Below are positions 48,601 through 56,538 of a stretch of 64,000 nucleotides of DNA, in pieces (position 1 is the first letter of the stretch; every line of letters begins with the position of its first letter). The notes below the pieces were generated by a model. It saw only the letters and a program-made list of their open reading frames with translations, was not told the origin of the DNA and searched no databases. Location of the stretch: the NCBI GenBank assembly GCA_965242925.1, contig CBDEUM010000009.1, positions 64,001-128,000 of the forward strand. Direction: 5' to 3'. Origin of the DNA: Roseibacillus sp. (GTDB taxonomy: Bacteria; Verrucomicrobiota; Verrucomicrobiia; Verrucomicrobiales; Akkermansiaceae). The translations under genes and the position numbers were made by a program.

Positions 48601-49614
48601 ACCCCTCAGGATGTGGCGGATCTCACCGCCTATCTGCTCATCCCGAAGGAGAACGGATCCACCCAGACGACCCCGCCCCCACCAGCAGAGACCGAGGCGG
48701 CCCCAACCGGCAAAGCCTCCCCCCTTGCGGGGAAGCAGTGGGGCAATGCGGACAAGGGCTTTTCTCTTGCTTGCGACGAAATGCGCCTCGCCATCCACTT
48801 CGACGGAACCGAAATCGCTTCCTACTACTACCGCCATCCCGACACAAAACGCCCCTTTTTCGCCCATGTGAAGACGCCGGGCGGTATCCAGGTCACCCGC
48901 AACTTTCCTCCCCGGAAGGGAGTTGATCCGACCGATCACGGGGCCATGCATCCGGGGATCGCCCTTGGCTTCGCCAACTTTGAGGGGGTGAGCTTCTGGC
49001 ACAACAGCGAGGGAATCGTGATCCAGGAAAAGTTTGCGGGGGAACCCGAAGCGGGACAACAGGCGAACTGGACAGTGGAAAATCGCTACCTGGCGCCCGG
49101 CGGTCGCGAGATGTGCCGCGAGACCGCCAGTTACCGGATCTCGAAGAACAGGGACGGCTTCCTGATTTCGATGGATTCAAGGCTCCATGGCCCGAAGCCG
49201 TTCTGGCTGGGTGTGCGGGAAGAGATGGGCCTCGCCATGCGGGTGGCCACACCCATCATGGTGAAGAACAAGGGCTCCATCCTGAGTGCCGGCGGAGGCC
49301 GGGACGAAAAGGGGACCTGGGGCAAGGTTGACCGATGGTGGGATTACTATGGACCCCTCGGCGACAAGAGCGCCGGGATTCAGCTCATGAGCGGACCAGG
49401 CAACCCGCCCGTCTGGTCCCACAGCCGCGACTACGGTGTGCTGGTAGCCAATCCGCTTCCGGTGGACAGGGACGGCAACCGGGACAAGAAGGTCGTGGTG
49501 GAACCGGGCGAGGAATTCCGCCTGCGATTCGGAATCCAGATCCACGAACACGACAAGCGGGAGCAGTTCGACCCCGAGGGCGCATACCGGCGCTACCTGA
49601 AGTTGCCTGAATAG
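45637..49614 (+). CDS. PVC-type dehydrogenase/HEAT/CxxCH protein with an internal beta-domain and C-terminal DUF6807 ('PmoA-family') domain
   Basis: LEVSLFARDP; HGLNFGPDGKLY; GFRNPWD; GRIYRI; CARCH...SAMP; C-terminal KRPFFAHVKTPGGIQVTRN...DH..HPG...W.DY.G...WSHSRDYG..VANP. Start uncertain (45541-45637). Confidence 0.82.
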   Translation: MTSTFRSGQPTSTQGITPLLPTASTGIRVAFLALCLPVAGPLLADDDFPIVPADLEVSLFARDPLVRNPCALAFDGKGRLCVGMGPQYRKPTPGTPGDSVWILIDEDGNGTADSRKEYASGFNSIQGLAWRGGDLYVANAPELTIARDLDGDDEADEYVRLYTDLGNLEHGLHGLNFGPDGKLYMSKGNSKGFTQPPHRVAPQPFRDLWGVKAPGLPDFPAPITYKKGHYQKNYHDPADDWGLSGGILRCDPDGSNLEIVSRGFRNPWDICFDDEFNWLGTDNDQTLGDKIFSPFFGAHFGWGHMWAYDWQGDQHLPTAPSAGPLFEGSGTGVIYCGLESYPEKYRDIFLINDWLRREVYLYRPRWVGAWMRSDREKLKIFAHAGGGRTMGQSEGRRFDPVDLELGPDGAVYIASWGRQYGLKEENGRQVNEGRIYRIWPKAAPPDPSAAQSPHRRKPMVRWTPGELFRDLGSHVPAWRTNAQMEVLAREIDDRDYVIRVLPGTKRLETWKVWTMGRRNPGAAQDATLLRMMLDPSSQGTTQVMRLLAHRVRTRGGNELPDLARSQLESKDARRRHETVLAMWQVGETRWNEDLLRLIAHEKDRVVFYSAWGALRELMPNGERRRLLSDPRPAVRRAALLSLLEEDTLADPEIRAMLTDSDRDTAALAKVRLGGKAQTEIRGSSLERGADPENATEAGRSPGPRPVSVVSNIQSRERAHYEEAYLTLGTHAYTDRRYRIKDLPSELEGLTFIRAANNDADHKHGSFLKINLRYPSTVFLADDMRGGQLPAWARGKWAPTKLVLSTDDASHRLFKAEFPAGEVLFGPNREGVEGRKSNYLVIPMPQILAPPQQPSTVKAVLPLIAKANAERGRALFLSRSGADCARCHKLEGIGNVFAPDLHGIATRATAEFIVRSILEPSAAITEGFVLHVVKTRSGEHIPGIVIKETARAVTLALMDSSTRVVATNDITSRETIPTSAMPPVFAQMLTPQDVADLTAYLLIPKENGSTQTTPPPPAETEAAPTGKASPLAGKQWGNADKGFSLACDEMRLAIHFDGTEIASYYYRHPDTKRPFFAHVKTPGGIQVTRNFPPRKGVDPTDHGAMHPGIALGFANFEGVSFWHNSEGIVIQEKFAGEPEAGQQANWTVENRYLAPGGREMCRETASYRISKNRDGFLISMDSRLHGPKPFWLGVREEMGLAMRVATPIMVKNKGSILSAGGGRDEKGTWGKVDRWWDYYGPLGDKSAGIQLMSGPGNPPVWSHSRDYGVLVANPLPVDRDGNRDKKVVVEPGEEFRLRFGIQIHEHDKREQFDPEGAYRRYLKLPE

Positions 49615-49643
49615 CGCCTCTCCCCGCCAGGAACGACTGCCTT

Positions 49644-51047
49644 CTACAGCACCACTTCCCGGATCACCTCTCCCGCCACATCAGTCAGACGGAAGTCCCG
49701 ACCAGCATAGCGGTAGGTGAACTTCTCATGATCGAATCCGAGGAGGTGCAGAATCGTGGCATGAAGATCGTGGGCCTCGACCACGTTTTCGACCGCTTCA
49801 AAGCCGAACTCATCGGTCGCTCCGTAGACCGTGCCTCCCTTCACTCCGCCCCCCGCCATCCAGACCGTGAAGCCATAAGGATTGTGATCGCGACCCAGCC
49901 TGGACTTGCCCGCCCCGTTCAGTTCCACCGTCGGGGTTCGTCCAAATTCCCCCCCGAAGATCACGAGAGTATCCTCCAGCATGCCTCGCTGCTTGAGATC
50001 CGTCAGCAGCGCCCCCACCGGGTGGTCCAGCTCTCCCGCCAGCTTGCGATGATTCTCCTCGATCTTGTCATGGTTGTCCCAGGGCTGCCCCGCCCCATGC
50101 CAGAGTTGCACGTAGCGCACCCCACGCTCGAGAAGACGGCGCGCGATAAGCGTCTGTCGCCCGTGTATCCCCCGCCCGTAGAGATCCCGGAGGTAGGCCG
50201 GCTCCCGATCGAGATCGAAGGCATCCGTAGCATCCATCTGCATGCGATAGGCCAGCTCAAAGCTCTGGATCCGGGCGCGCAGTTGATCGTCCCTCCCACC
50301 CCTCGCCGCAAGGTGACCCCGGTTGAGGCCCTGGAGAAAATCAAGCTGTGCGCGCTGTCCTCCAAGCGACTGGCCGCTGTTGTGGATATGTTCGATGAGC
50401 TGCTCGACCTGCTCATGTTTACTGTCGATAAAGGTCCCCTGGAAGGTTCCGGGAAGAAAGCCGGCCTGCCAGTTCTGTGCACCCTTGATCGGATAGCCCC
50501 CGGGAGACATCGCGATGAAGGACGGCAGGTTGGCATTCTCCGTTCCCAGTCCGTAGGTCACCCACGATCCCACGCTGGGACGACTGAGGATGGCATCCCC
50601 GCAATTCATCAGCATGAGGGACGGCTCGTGGTTGGGCAGTTTCGCCTTCATGGAGCGGATGACCGCAATCTCGTCCACGTGTTCCGCGACCCCTGGAAAT
50701 ATGCTGCTCACCTCGATCCCACTCTGCCCATGAGCCTTGAACTCAAAAGGCGAAGGGAACGCGGCCCCCGTCTTGCGTTCGGTGCGAAACTTGCCCCGGG
50801 GAAGTTCTCTGCCCGCATGAGTTTGCAGGGCGGGCTTGGGATCAAACGTGTCCACGTGGGATGGCCCTCCATTGAGGAAAAAGTGGATGACCCGCTTCGC
50901 CGTTCCGGGAAAGTGCGACTGGCTGGCCGCCCCTTCCGCAGAAAGCACCTCCCCAAGTCCCAAGGCACCAAGACCCATTCCGCAACGTCGTAGAAAGTGA
51001 CGGCGGTCGAGGACGTGCTGGCCCGTGCTGTTCATTGGAGGATTCAT
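49644..51047 (-). CDS. DUF1501 domain-containing protein
   Basis: DRRHFL; AKRVIHFFLNGGPSHVDTFDPKP; ARRLLERGVRYVQ; WDNH; GEFGRTP; GRDHNP. Directly downstream of the DUF1549/1553 gene. Confidence 0.92.
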   Translation of the reverse strand: MNPPMNSTGQHVLDRRHFLRRCGMGLGALGLGEVLSAEGAASQSHFPGTAKRVIHFFLNGGPSHVDTFDPKPALQTHAGRELPRGKFRTERKTGAAFPSPFEFKAHGQSGIEVSSIFPGVAEHVDEIAVIRSMKAKLPNHEPSLMLMNCGDAILSRPSVGSWVTYGLGTENANLPSFIAMSPGGYPIKGAQNWQAGFLPGTFQGTFIDSKHEQVEQLIEHIHNSGQSLGGQRAQLDFLQGLNRGHLAARGGRDDQLRARIQSFELAYRMQMDATDAFDLDREPAYLRDLYGRGIHGRQTLIARRLLERGVRYVQLWHGAGQPWDNHDKIEENHRKLAGELDHPVGALLTDLKQRGMLEDTLVIFGGEFGRTPTVELNGAGKSRLGRDHNPYGFTVWMAGGGVKGGTVYGATDEFGFEAVENVVEAHDLHATILHLLGFDHEKFTYRYAGRDFRLTDVAGEVIREVVL

Positions 51048-51052
51048 CCTTA

Positions 51053-53917
51053 TTAGTCCAGAAACATGGCCTCGTTGGAGATCAGGAGGGCCTGGGCCAG
51101 GCGCTCCCAGGGACTGAGGGAGGAATCCCCGCTCCGCTTCCCGGCAAAGTGTGCCCCGGCATCCCACACTTGCTTTCCTCCGATGAGTTCGAGTCGCGGC
51201 GACCACTCAAATCCATCACAGAAGAAATTGTTGGCAGAGCCGCAATCGATCACGAAATCGAGGACCTCTCCGACCTTCACTTCAACCTCGGCAAGACCGG
51301 CTGGCTGGGCAGTTCCGAATTCGACCTGCCAGGCTTCCATAATCCCCTGGCGATTACTGCACACCCACCCTCGCAGCCCGTCTCCGCAATCTTCGATCTT
51401 CCTGATCGTGCCCGTAATCCTGATTGTTCCCTCAATAGGCGAGGTCCACCGTCGCACAGCTCCGTGCTCCACCTTGTTTCCGGCGTGACCGCCAATCGCG
51501 GTGAGCCGAACCCAGCCCAGGGCACCATCCGGCCATTTCGCTCCTCCTCCCCAGGCCTTGCCATTGAAGTGCGGAAGCGGATGAAAGGTGGAAACGCTCT
51601 CCCCGTTCTCCTCAAGTTTTCCGTAGCCATAGCTCCAAGCCGCTACCTCTGCAACCGGGATGCGCTCCTCACCGTCCACCCCGGAGAGGAGAAACTCCCG
51701 GACACTCCGCGACTCCTCCAAAGTGGGTCGCCGTGCCAGAACGTGTAGAAACGTGCGAGCAATCCTTTCAGCCTCATCGCTGCCGGGATTCTCTCCGGCC
51801 ACCCGCCGGGCCAGAGCCCGGGCCCGGGCAACGGTAAAGGGCGCATTCATGAGAAAAAGGGCCTGCTGCGGAACATTGGTGCGGTAACGGCGTGGCGAAT
51901 GCAGTTCAGGATTGGCAAAGTCAAAGACGCGCAGGGCCGAGGGCAGATACTGCCGGTCAATGCGCCCATAGAGGCTCCGCCGCACGGAGGCGCTGATTCC
52001 GAAGAGTTCCCCGGGCGCTCCCCCGACCCGCACGTCAAGTTCCCCCGAAGCCGCCAGCATGGAGTCGCGCATTGCTTCAAAATCCAGTCGGCGGCGGGGA
52101 TACACCGAGAGCAGGCGATTCTCAAAATCCGCGCCAGGAGGATTGTCCGCACGAATCCGACAAAGCGCCGAGGCGGCTATCAGGCGCTGGATATGCTTCA
52201 ACGACCAGTTGTGCCCCATCAGTTCCGAAGCAAGAAAATCGAGCAGGCCGGGATGGGTCGGCCTCTCGCTACGGGTCCCGAAGTCGCTGTCGGTCCGCAC
52301 CAGCCCCTCTCCGAAGTGTCCCCGCCAGATCCGATTCACGATCACCCTGGCAGTAAGCGGATTTTCCCGGGCCGTGATTTCCCGGGCCAGGGCCAGCCGC
52401 CCCGATCCCCCGCGGTAACGCGGTCGCTTCCCGCCGTGTAGAATCCCAAGTGAACCGCGCGCAACCTCCTCCAGTTGATTGGGGTATTGTCCACGCTCGA
52501 AGACGCGCACATTCCCCGCAACCGGCCGGTCGATCAGAGTCAGGGCATGGGGCGCCTTCTCCCGCAGATTAATGACTTCGCGATCAAGGGCAGCCTGCGC
52601 CTTCTTGAGGGGGCCCTTATTTTCATCGTCAAAGAGCCACTCCACATCATGAACGTATTCGCGGGGAATACGAATGGGCGATCCCGGTCCCCGGACAACC
52701 TCCCGCAATTCCCGCCAGGCAGCTGCCTCATTCTGCTTCTCTTCATTCACACTCCGCCACAGGAGATCCTGGTAGTGTCGGGCAACCTCAGGCAGATTGA
52801 CTGCCGGACCTCCCAGCACTTCCGCAACGAGTGGATTCGCGATCGAAAGATCAGGAGTCTTCGTTCGCGCAAGGGCCACCCAGGCACCGAATACCGGATC
52901 ACTGCGTCGCTTCTCCTGTGAAAGAAACTCGTGCCACCGCCGGATCTGGGCCGGGATCAGGTCGTCCCCTTCAATGATCTCCGCGAAGTCCGGAGGCGGC
53001 ACCTTGGCAATATCAAGCGCCGCCACCATGTATTCTGCGGCCCGCTGTAGAAAACGACCCTCCATCTCCGTCGCCCGCTTTTCAAACTCCGCGGCAAGGA
53101 CTTCCCTCTTCTTTCCCAACTCGATGTGCTTCTCAGCAACCTCCTGATCAAGAGCCTGCAGGTCCTCCCGCGAACTTTTAAAGACCCCGTAGAGCGCGTA
53201 ATAATCCGCCGTGGGGATCGGATCAAACTTGTGATCGTGACAGCGGGCGCAGGTCACCGTCAGGGCAAGCACTCCCCGGGTCACCACATCGATGCGGTCG
53301 TCAATGATATCAGGCTCCACCCCGAGAAACCGGCGCCCCAGGGTAAGAAATCCCATCGCGGCAAGGTCACTGCGGTCGCAATGCCCCTCCGCGAGCAGAA
53401 GATCGGCAGCGAGCTGCCGCTGGATGAACTGATCGTACGGCAGGTCCCCGTTGAAGGCTTTCACGATCCAGTCGCGATAAACCCAGGCGTGGGGGAAATC
53501 GAACTCCTCCCCCGCATAGGCATACCCCTTGGTGTCGGAATACCGTGCCACATCGAGCCAGAGACGAGCCCATCGCTCGCCATAGTGCGGCGAGGCGAGC
53601 AACTCATCCACCACTTCGGTCGCCAGGGTCTGATCGTCCTTGGGGGAAGCGATGAGTTCAGCGAGTCGTTCGTGACCGGGAGGAAGACCGCTCAGATTGT
53701 AGTAGAGCCTGCGCAGCCAATCACGACGCGCGGCTGGCGGCGCACTCCGCAGGCCCGCCTCCCTGGTTCGCTGCCCGACAAACCAGGAAACCGGATCGAT
53801 TGAGGCATGTTCCGGCACCTCCACCCGCACAACCGGTCGCAGTGCCCAGTGGTCTCCGGCCGTTGCCAGGAACGGCCAGAAGAATCCAAAAACTCCAAGT
53901 TGGAGGGAACCCCGCAT
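51053..53917 (-). CDS. DUF1549/DUF1553 (PSD1-type) protein
   Basis: HWAL.P; LLASPHYGERWARLWLDVARYSDT; CARCHDHKFDP; GSGRLALAREI...NPLTARVIVNRIW; RRLDFEAMRD; PQQALFLMN; LLISNEAMFLD. Confidence 0.92.
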   Translation of the reverse strand: MRGSLQLGVFGFFWPFLATAGDHWALRPVVRVEVPEHASIDPVSWFVGQRTREAGLRSAPPAARRDWLRRLYYNLSGLPPGHERLAELIASPKDDQTLATEVVDELLASPHYGERWARLWLDVARYSDTKGYAYAGEEFDFPHAWVYRDWIVKAFNGDLPYDQFIQRQLAADLLLAEGHCDRSDLAAMGFLTLGRRFLGVEPDIIDDRIDVVTRGVLALTVTCARCHDHKFDPIPTADYYALYGVFKSSREDLQALDQEVAEKHIELGKKREVLAAEFEKRATEMEGRFLQRAAEYMVAALDIAKVPPPDFAEIIEGDDLIPAQIRRWHEFLSQEKRRSDPVFGAWVALARTKTPDLSIANPLVAEVLGGPAVNLPEVARHYQDLLWRSVNEEKQNEAAAWRELREVVRGPGSPIRIPREYVHDVEWLFDDENKGPLKKAQAALDREVINLREKAPHALTLIDRPVAGNVRVFERGQYPNQLEEVARGSLGILHGGKRPRYRGGSGRLALAREITARENPLTARVIVNRIWRGHFGEGLVRTDSDFGTRSERPTHPGLLDFLASELMGHNWSLKHIQRLIAASALCRIRADNPPGADFENRLLSVYPRRRLDFEAMRDSMLAASGELDVRVGGAPGELFGISASVRRSLYGRIDRQYLPSALRVFDFANPELHSPRRYRTNVPQQALFLMNAPFTVARARALARRVAGENPGSDEAERIARTFLHVLARRPTLEESRSVREFLLSGVDGEERIPVAEVAAWSYGYGKLEENGESVSTFHPLPHFNGKAWGGGAKWPDGALGWVRLTAIGGHAGNKVEHGAVRRWTSPIEGTIRITGTIRKIEDCGDGLRGWVCSNRQGIMEAWQVEFGTAQPAGLAEVEVKVGEVLDFVIDCGSANNFFCDGFEWSPRLELIGGKQVWDAGAHFAGKRSGDSSLSPWERLAQALLISNEAMFLD

Positions 53918-54210
53918 CTGAATTTGCAAGGATGCGCCCCTCCGGGGCACGTGCCAGCAAAATCAGACCATCTCATCCGGCGAATCGACCGTTTCATGCT
54001 TCATCATGAAACACCGGGGCAGTCCGGCGGGAGGAGTTGACGCAAAGGCAGACATTGCTGAGCCTCTCACCATCGTATGAATACCAGTCAGCTCCCCTCG
54101 CTCTCCCGGTTCTGGCTGGACGGGATGGAAGCTGCAACTTCGACCATCAGCTGACCGCGCACTCAATCCCGGTGCCTTACTGCCGAGACCACAGATTCAG
54201 CCCATCCGCC

Positions 54211-55203
54211 ATGAGCATCCCTAAAATCATTATCACGGACTTCATCGCCGAGCCACTTGTTTTCGAGCGAGGAGTGATCGGTGACGAAGCAGAGATCGTG
54301 GCCCTGGAGGCCATGAGCGAGGAGGAACTGGTAGGCCAGACCGAAGACGCCGACGCAATCATCTGCTATCACTACCTCTCCATCACGCGAGCAACCCTTG
54401 AGCGCCTGCAGAACTGCAAGGCCATCGTGCGAGGGGGTGTAGGATACGACAACATCGACTGTGTGACCGCACGCGAACGCGGGATTCCCGTCTGCAATGT
54501 ACCGGATTACGGAACGGAAGAGGTGGCCGACTCGGCGCTGGGCATGATGATCTCCCTCGCCCGAGGCACCCACTTCCTGCACAGCCGGTTGCGTCGCGGA
54601 TTGGGCGAATGGAGCGTGGAGCAGGCCAAGCCCATCCCTCGTCTGCGCGGGCGGGTGCTGGGCATCATCGGCTGCGGCCGGATCGGCTCCGCGGTGGCCC
54701 TCCGTGCCAGAACCTTCGGCCTTGAGGTGATTTTCTACGATCCCTACGTCCCCGACGGCCTGGACAAGGCGCTCGGCATCCGGCGGGTGGACCGTCTGGA
54801 GGAGTTACTGACCAGATCCTACATCGTGAGCCTGCACTGTCCTCTTACCCGGGAAACGGCAAACATCGTCGGGGAAGACGAACTGGCCGCCATGCAGCCG
54901 GGCAGCTTCCTGGTCAACACCGCCCGGGGCGGGGTGGTCGACACCACGGCCGTGGTGGATTCCCTTGCCGCGGGCCATCTCCGGGGTGCCGGTATTGACG
55001 TTCTGGAGCAGGAACCGCCCGGGGAAGATTCGCCGGTCCTCAGGGCCTGGCGCGATCCCGCTCACCCCGCCCATGACCGGCTCTTTCTTAATCCGCATGC
55101 CGCCTTTTACTGCGAGGAGGGCGGCGAGGAGTTCCGCTCCAAGGCCGCACGGGAGTGCCTGCGCGCCATCCGCGGTGAATCCCTGCGCAACGTGGTGAAC
55201 TGA
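54211..55203 (+). CDS. D-isomer-specific 2-hydroxyacid dehydrogenase, CtBP-like
   Basis: GVGYDNID; CNVPDYGTEEVAD; GIIGCGRIG; SLHCPLT; VNTARG; DVLEQEP; NPHAAFY. Confidence 0.9.
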   Translation: MSIPKIIITDFIAEPLVFERGVIGDEAEIVALEAMSEEELVGQTEDADAIICYHYLSITRATLERLQNCKAIVRGGVGYDNIDCVTARERGIPVCNVPDYGTEEVADSALGMMISLARGTHFLHSRLRRGLGEWSVEQAKPIPRLRGRVLGIIGCGRIGSAVALRARTFGLEVIFYDPYVPDGLDKALGIRRVDRLEELLTRSYIVSLHCPLTRETANIVGEDELAAMQPGSFLVNTARGGVVDTTAVVDSLAAGHLRGAGIDVLEQEPPGEDSPVLRAWRDPAHPAHDRLFLNPHAAFYCEEGGEEFRSKAARECLRAIRGESLRNVVN

Positions 55204-55256
55204 AAGCGTGGAGCCGTCGGAGGCTCGACAAGTGGAGCACTTCCCCGACACACGAT

Positions 55257-55457
55257 TCAGCAGGTCGCCCGGCCCTCGGAGAGATCGAAAATCCCGCCCG
55301 TGCTGAAGGAGCAATCATCCGAACACAGCCAGGCTGTCAAGGCCGCCGCTTCCCCTGTCAGCCGGAAGCGGGCCCATCGGAATCCTGAAGAGCATGTAGT
55401 CGATGTGCTCCTGGAAATCTGCCTGAGAATGTCAGTTTTGATCACGGCAGGGGTGTT
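55257..55457 (-). pseudogene. Frameshifted C-terminal remnant of a short-chain dehydrogenase/reductase
   Basis: Reads TPAVIKTDILRQI / (shift) QEHIDYMLFRIPMG / (shift) RF...EAAALTAWLCSDDCSFSTGGIFDLSEGRATC*. No N-terminal Rossmann or YxxxK region is present. Confidence 0.8.
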
Positions 55458-56527
55458 TGACTTGGGAGGTGTTTCCGCAGGAAGCGAATAAAGTTGCCGT
55501 GGAGAACCTTGTCGACGTCTTCCGTCGAGTAGCCCCGCTCCTCAAGCAATTCTCCCACCCGCTGCAGAGCGGCAATGGACTGGACATCCTGGGGTACCTG
55601 TTCGACCCCGAATCCACCGTCAAGATCCGAACCAATCCCCACATGATCGGCATTTCCCGCCAGCTGACAGATGTGATCGGTATGATCGAGCAGGTGCTCA
55701 AGATTCAGTCCGGCCCCTCGGGGGGTGGTAATTCCCCTGCGCCAGCCCGGCACCATCATCCAGGCGTCGAGGGCTCCTCCGATTACCGCTCCCCGTTCGA
55801 TCAGGCGTTTGAGCTGTTCGTCCGAGATTTGCCGCGGGTCATCGACGAGGGCACGACAGTTCGAGTGACTGGCCCACACCGGCCCGTCGTAGAGATCGAG
55901 CACCTCGTGGAATGTCCGGTCACAAAGGTGTGTGGCATCGAGGATCATTCCGAGCCGGTCCATCTCGCGGATCAACTCGCCCCCCAGTTCTGAGAGCGGA
56001 CCGTCCTGGTCGTGGCCCAGCGCATAGCGGCCCACTCCGTAGTGGGCGGGACCGAGGGCCCGCAGGCCCTGCTCCCAAGACTGCTCGAGATGCCCTGGCG
56101 TGCGGATCGAATCGGCTCCTTCCAGACTGAGGACATAACCAATAGCGCCCTCTGAAACGCCTTCCTCCCACCGGTCCAGCACCCGTTCCAGAGAGGCCTG
56201 ATCAACGATCTGCTCCAACTCCCCCGCTTCCTCCATGGCACGATACCAGGCCAGTTGTCCCTGCGTCTGGCTCCAGGCGATTTCGGGCGCATTCCACCCT
56301 GAGGCCACCGCGCCCGGTTTCATGCAGCCGGCCAGCAGCGTGGCCACGCACAGGCCGACCCCCCCCCGTCGCATCTCCGGGAAGCACACCGCACCCCGGC
56401 CCCGTCCCCCCAGGTCATCCAGGTCCGCTTCTTCCCCCCGGATCTCGTCCAGCTCCCTGCGAAGGTCGCGATTATAATCGATCGCGCCGAGGGACAGATC
56501 GAGATGGGCATCGAAAACCAGTTTCAT
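55442..56527 (-). CDS. Membrane dipeptidase (peptidase M19) family amidohydrolase
   Basis: FDAHLD; SLEGAD; LDATHL; ASHSN; HVGIGSDLDG; GNFIRF. Confidence 0.9.
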   Translation of the reverse strand: MKLVFDAHLDLSLGAIDYNRDLRRELDEIRGEEADLDDLGGRGRGAVCFPEMRRGGVGLCVATLLAGCMKPGAVASGWNAPEIAWSQTQGQLAWYRAMEEAGELEQIVDQASLERVLDRWEEGVSEGAIGYVLSLEGADSIRTPGHLEQSWEQGLRALGPAHYGVGRYALGHDQDGPLSELGGELIREMDRLGMILDATHLCDRTFHEVLDLYDGPVWASHSNCRALVDDPRQISDEQLKRLIERGAVIGGALDAWMMVPGWRRGITTPRGAGLNLEHLLDHTDHICQLAGNADHVGIGSDLDGGFGVEQVPQDVQSIAALQRVGELLEERGYSTEDVDKVLHGNFIRFLRKHLPSQTPLP

Positions 56528-56538
56528 GGTCGTGGCGC

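Noticed and set aside
48760..49614. 'PmoA' domain suggesting methane oxidation
   Set aside because: It is the soluble DUF6807-type domain without TM helices, and no pmoC/pmoB genes are present.
54211..55203. CtBP similarity implying a eukaryote-like transcriptional corepressor
   Set aside because: It is an ordinary bacterial D-2-hydroxyacid dehydrogenase subfamily with intact catalytic Arg/Glu/His; nothing supports a regulatory role.
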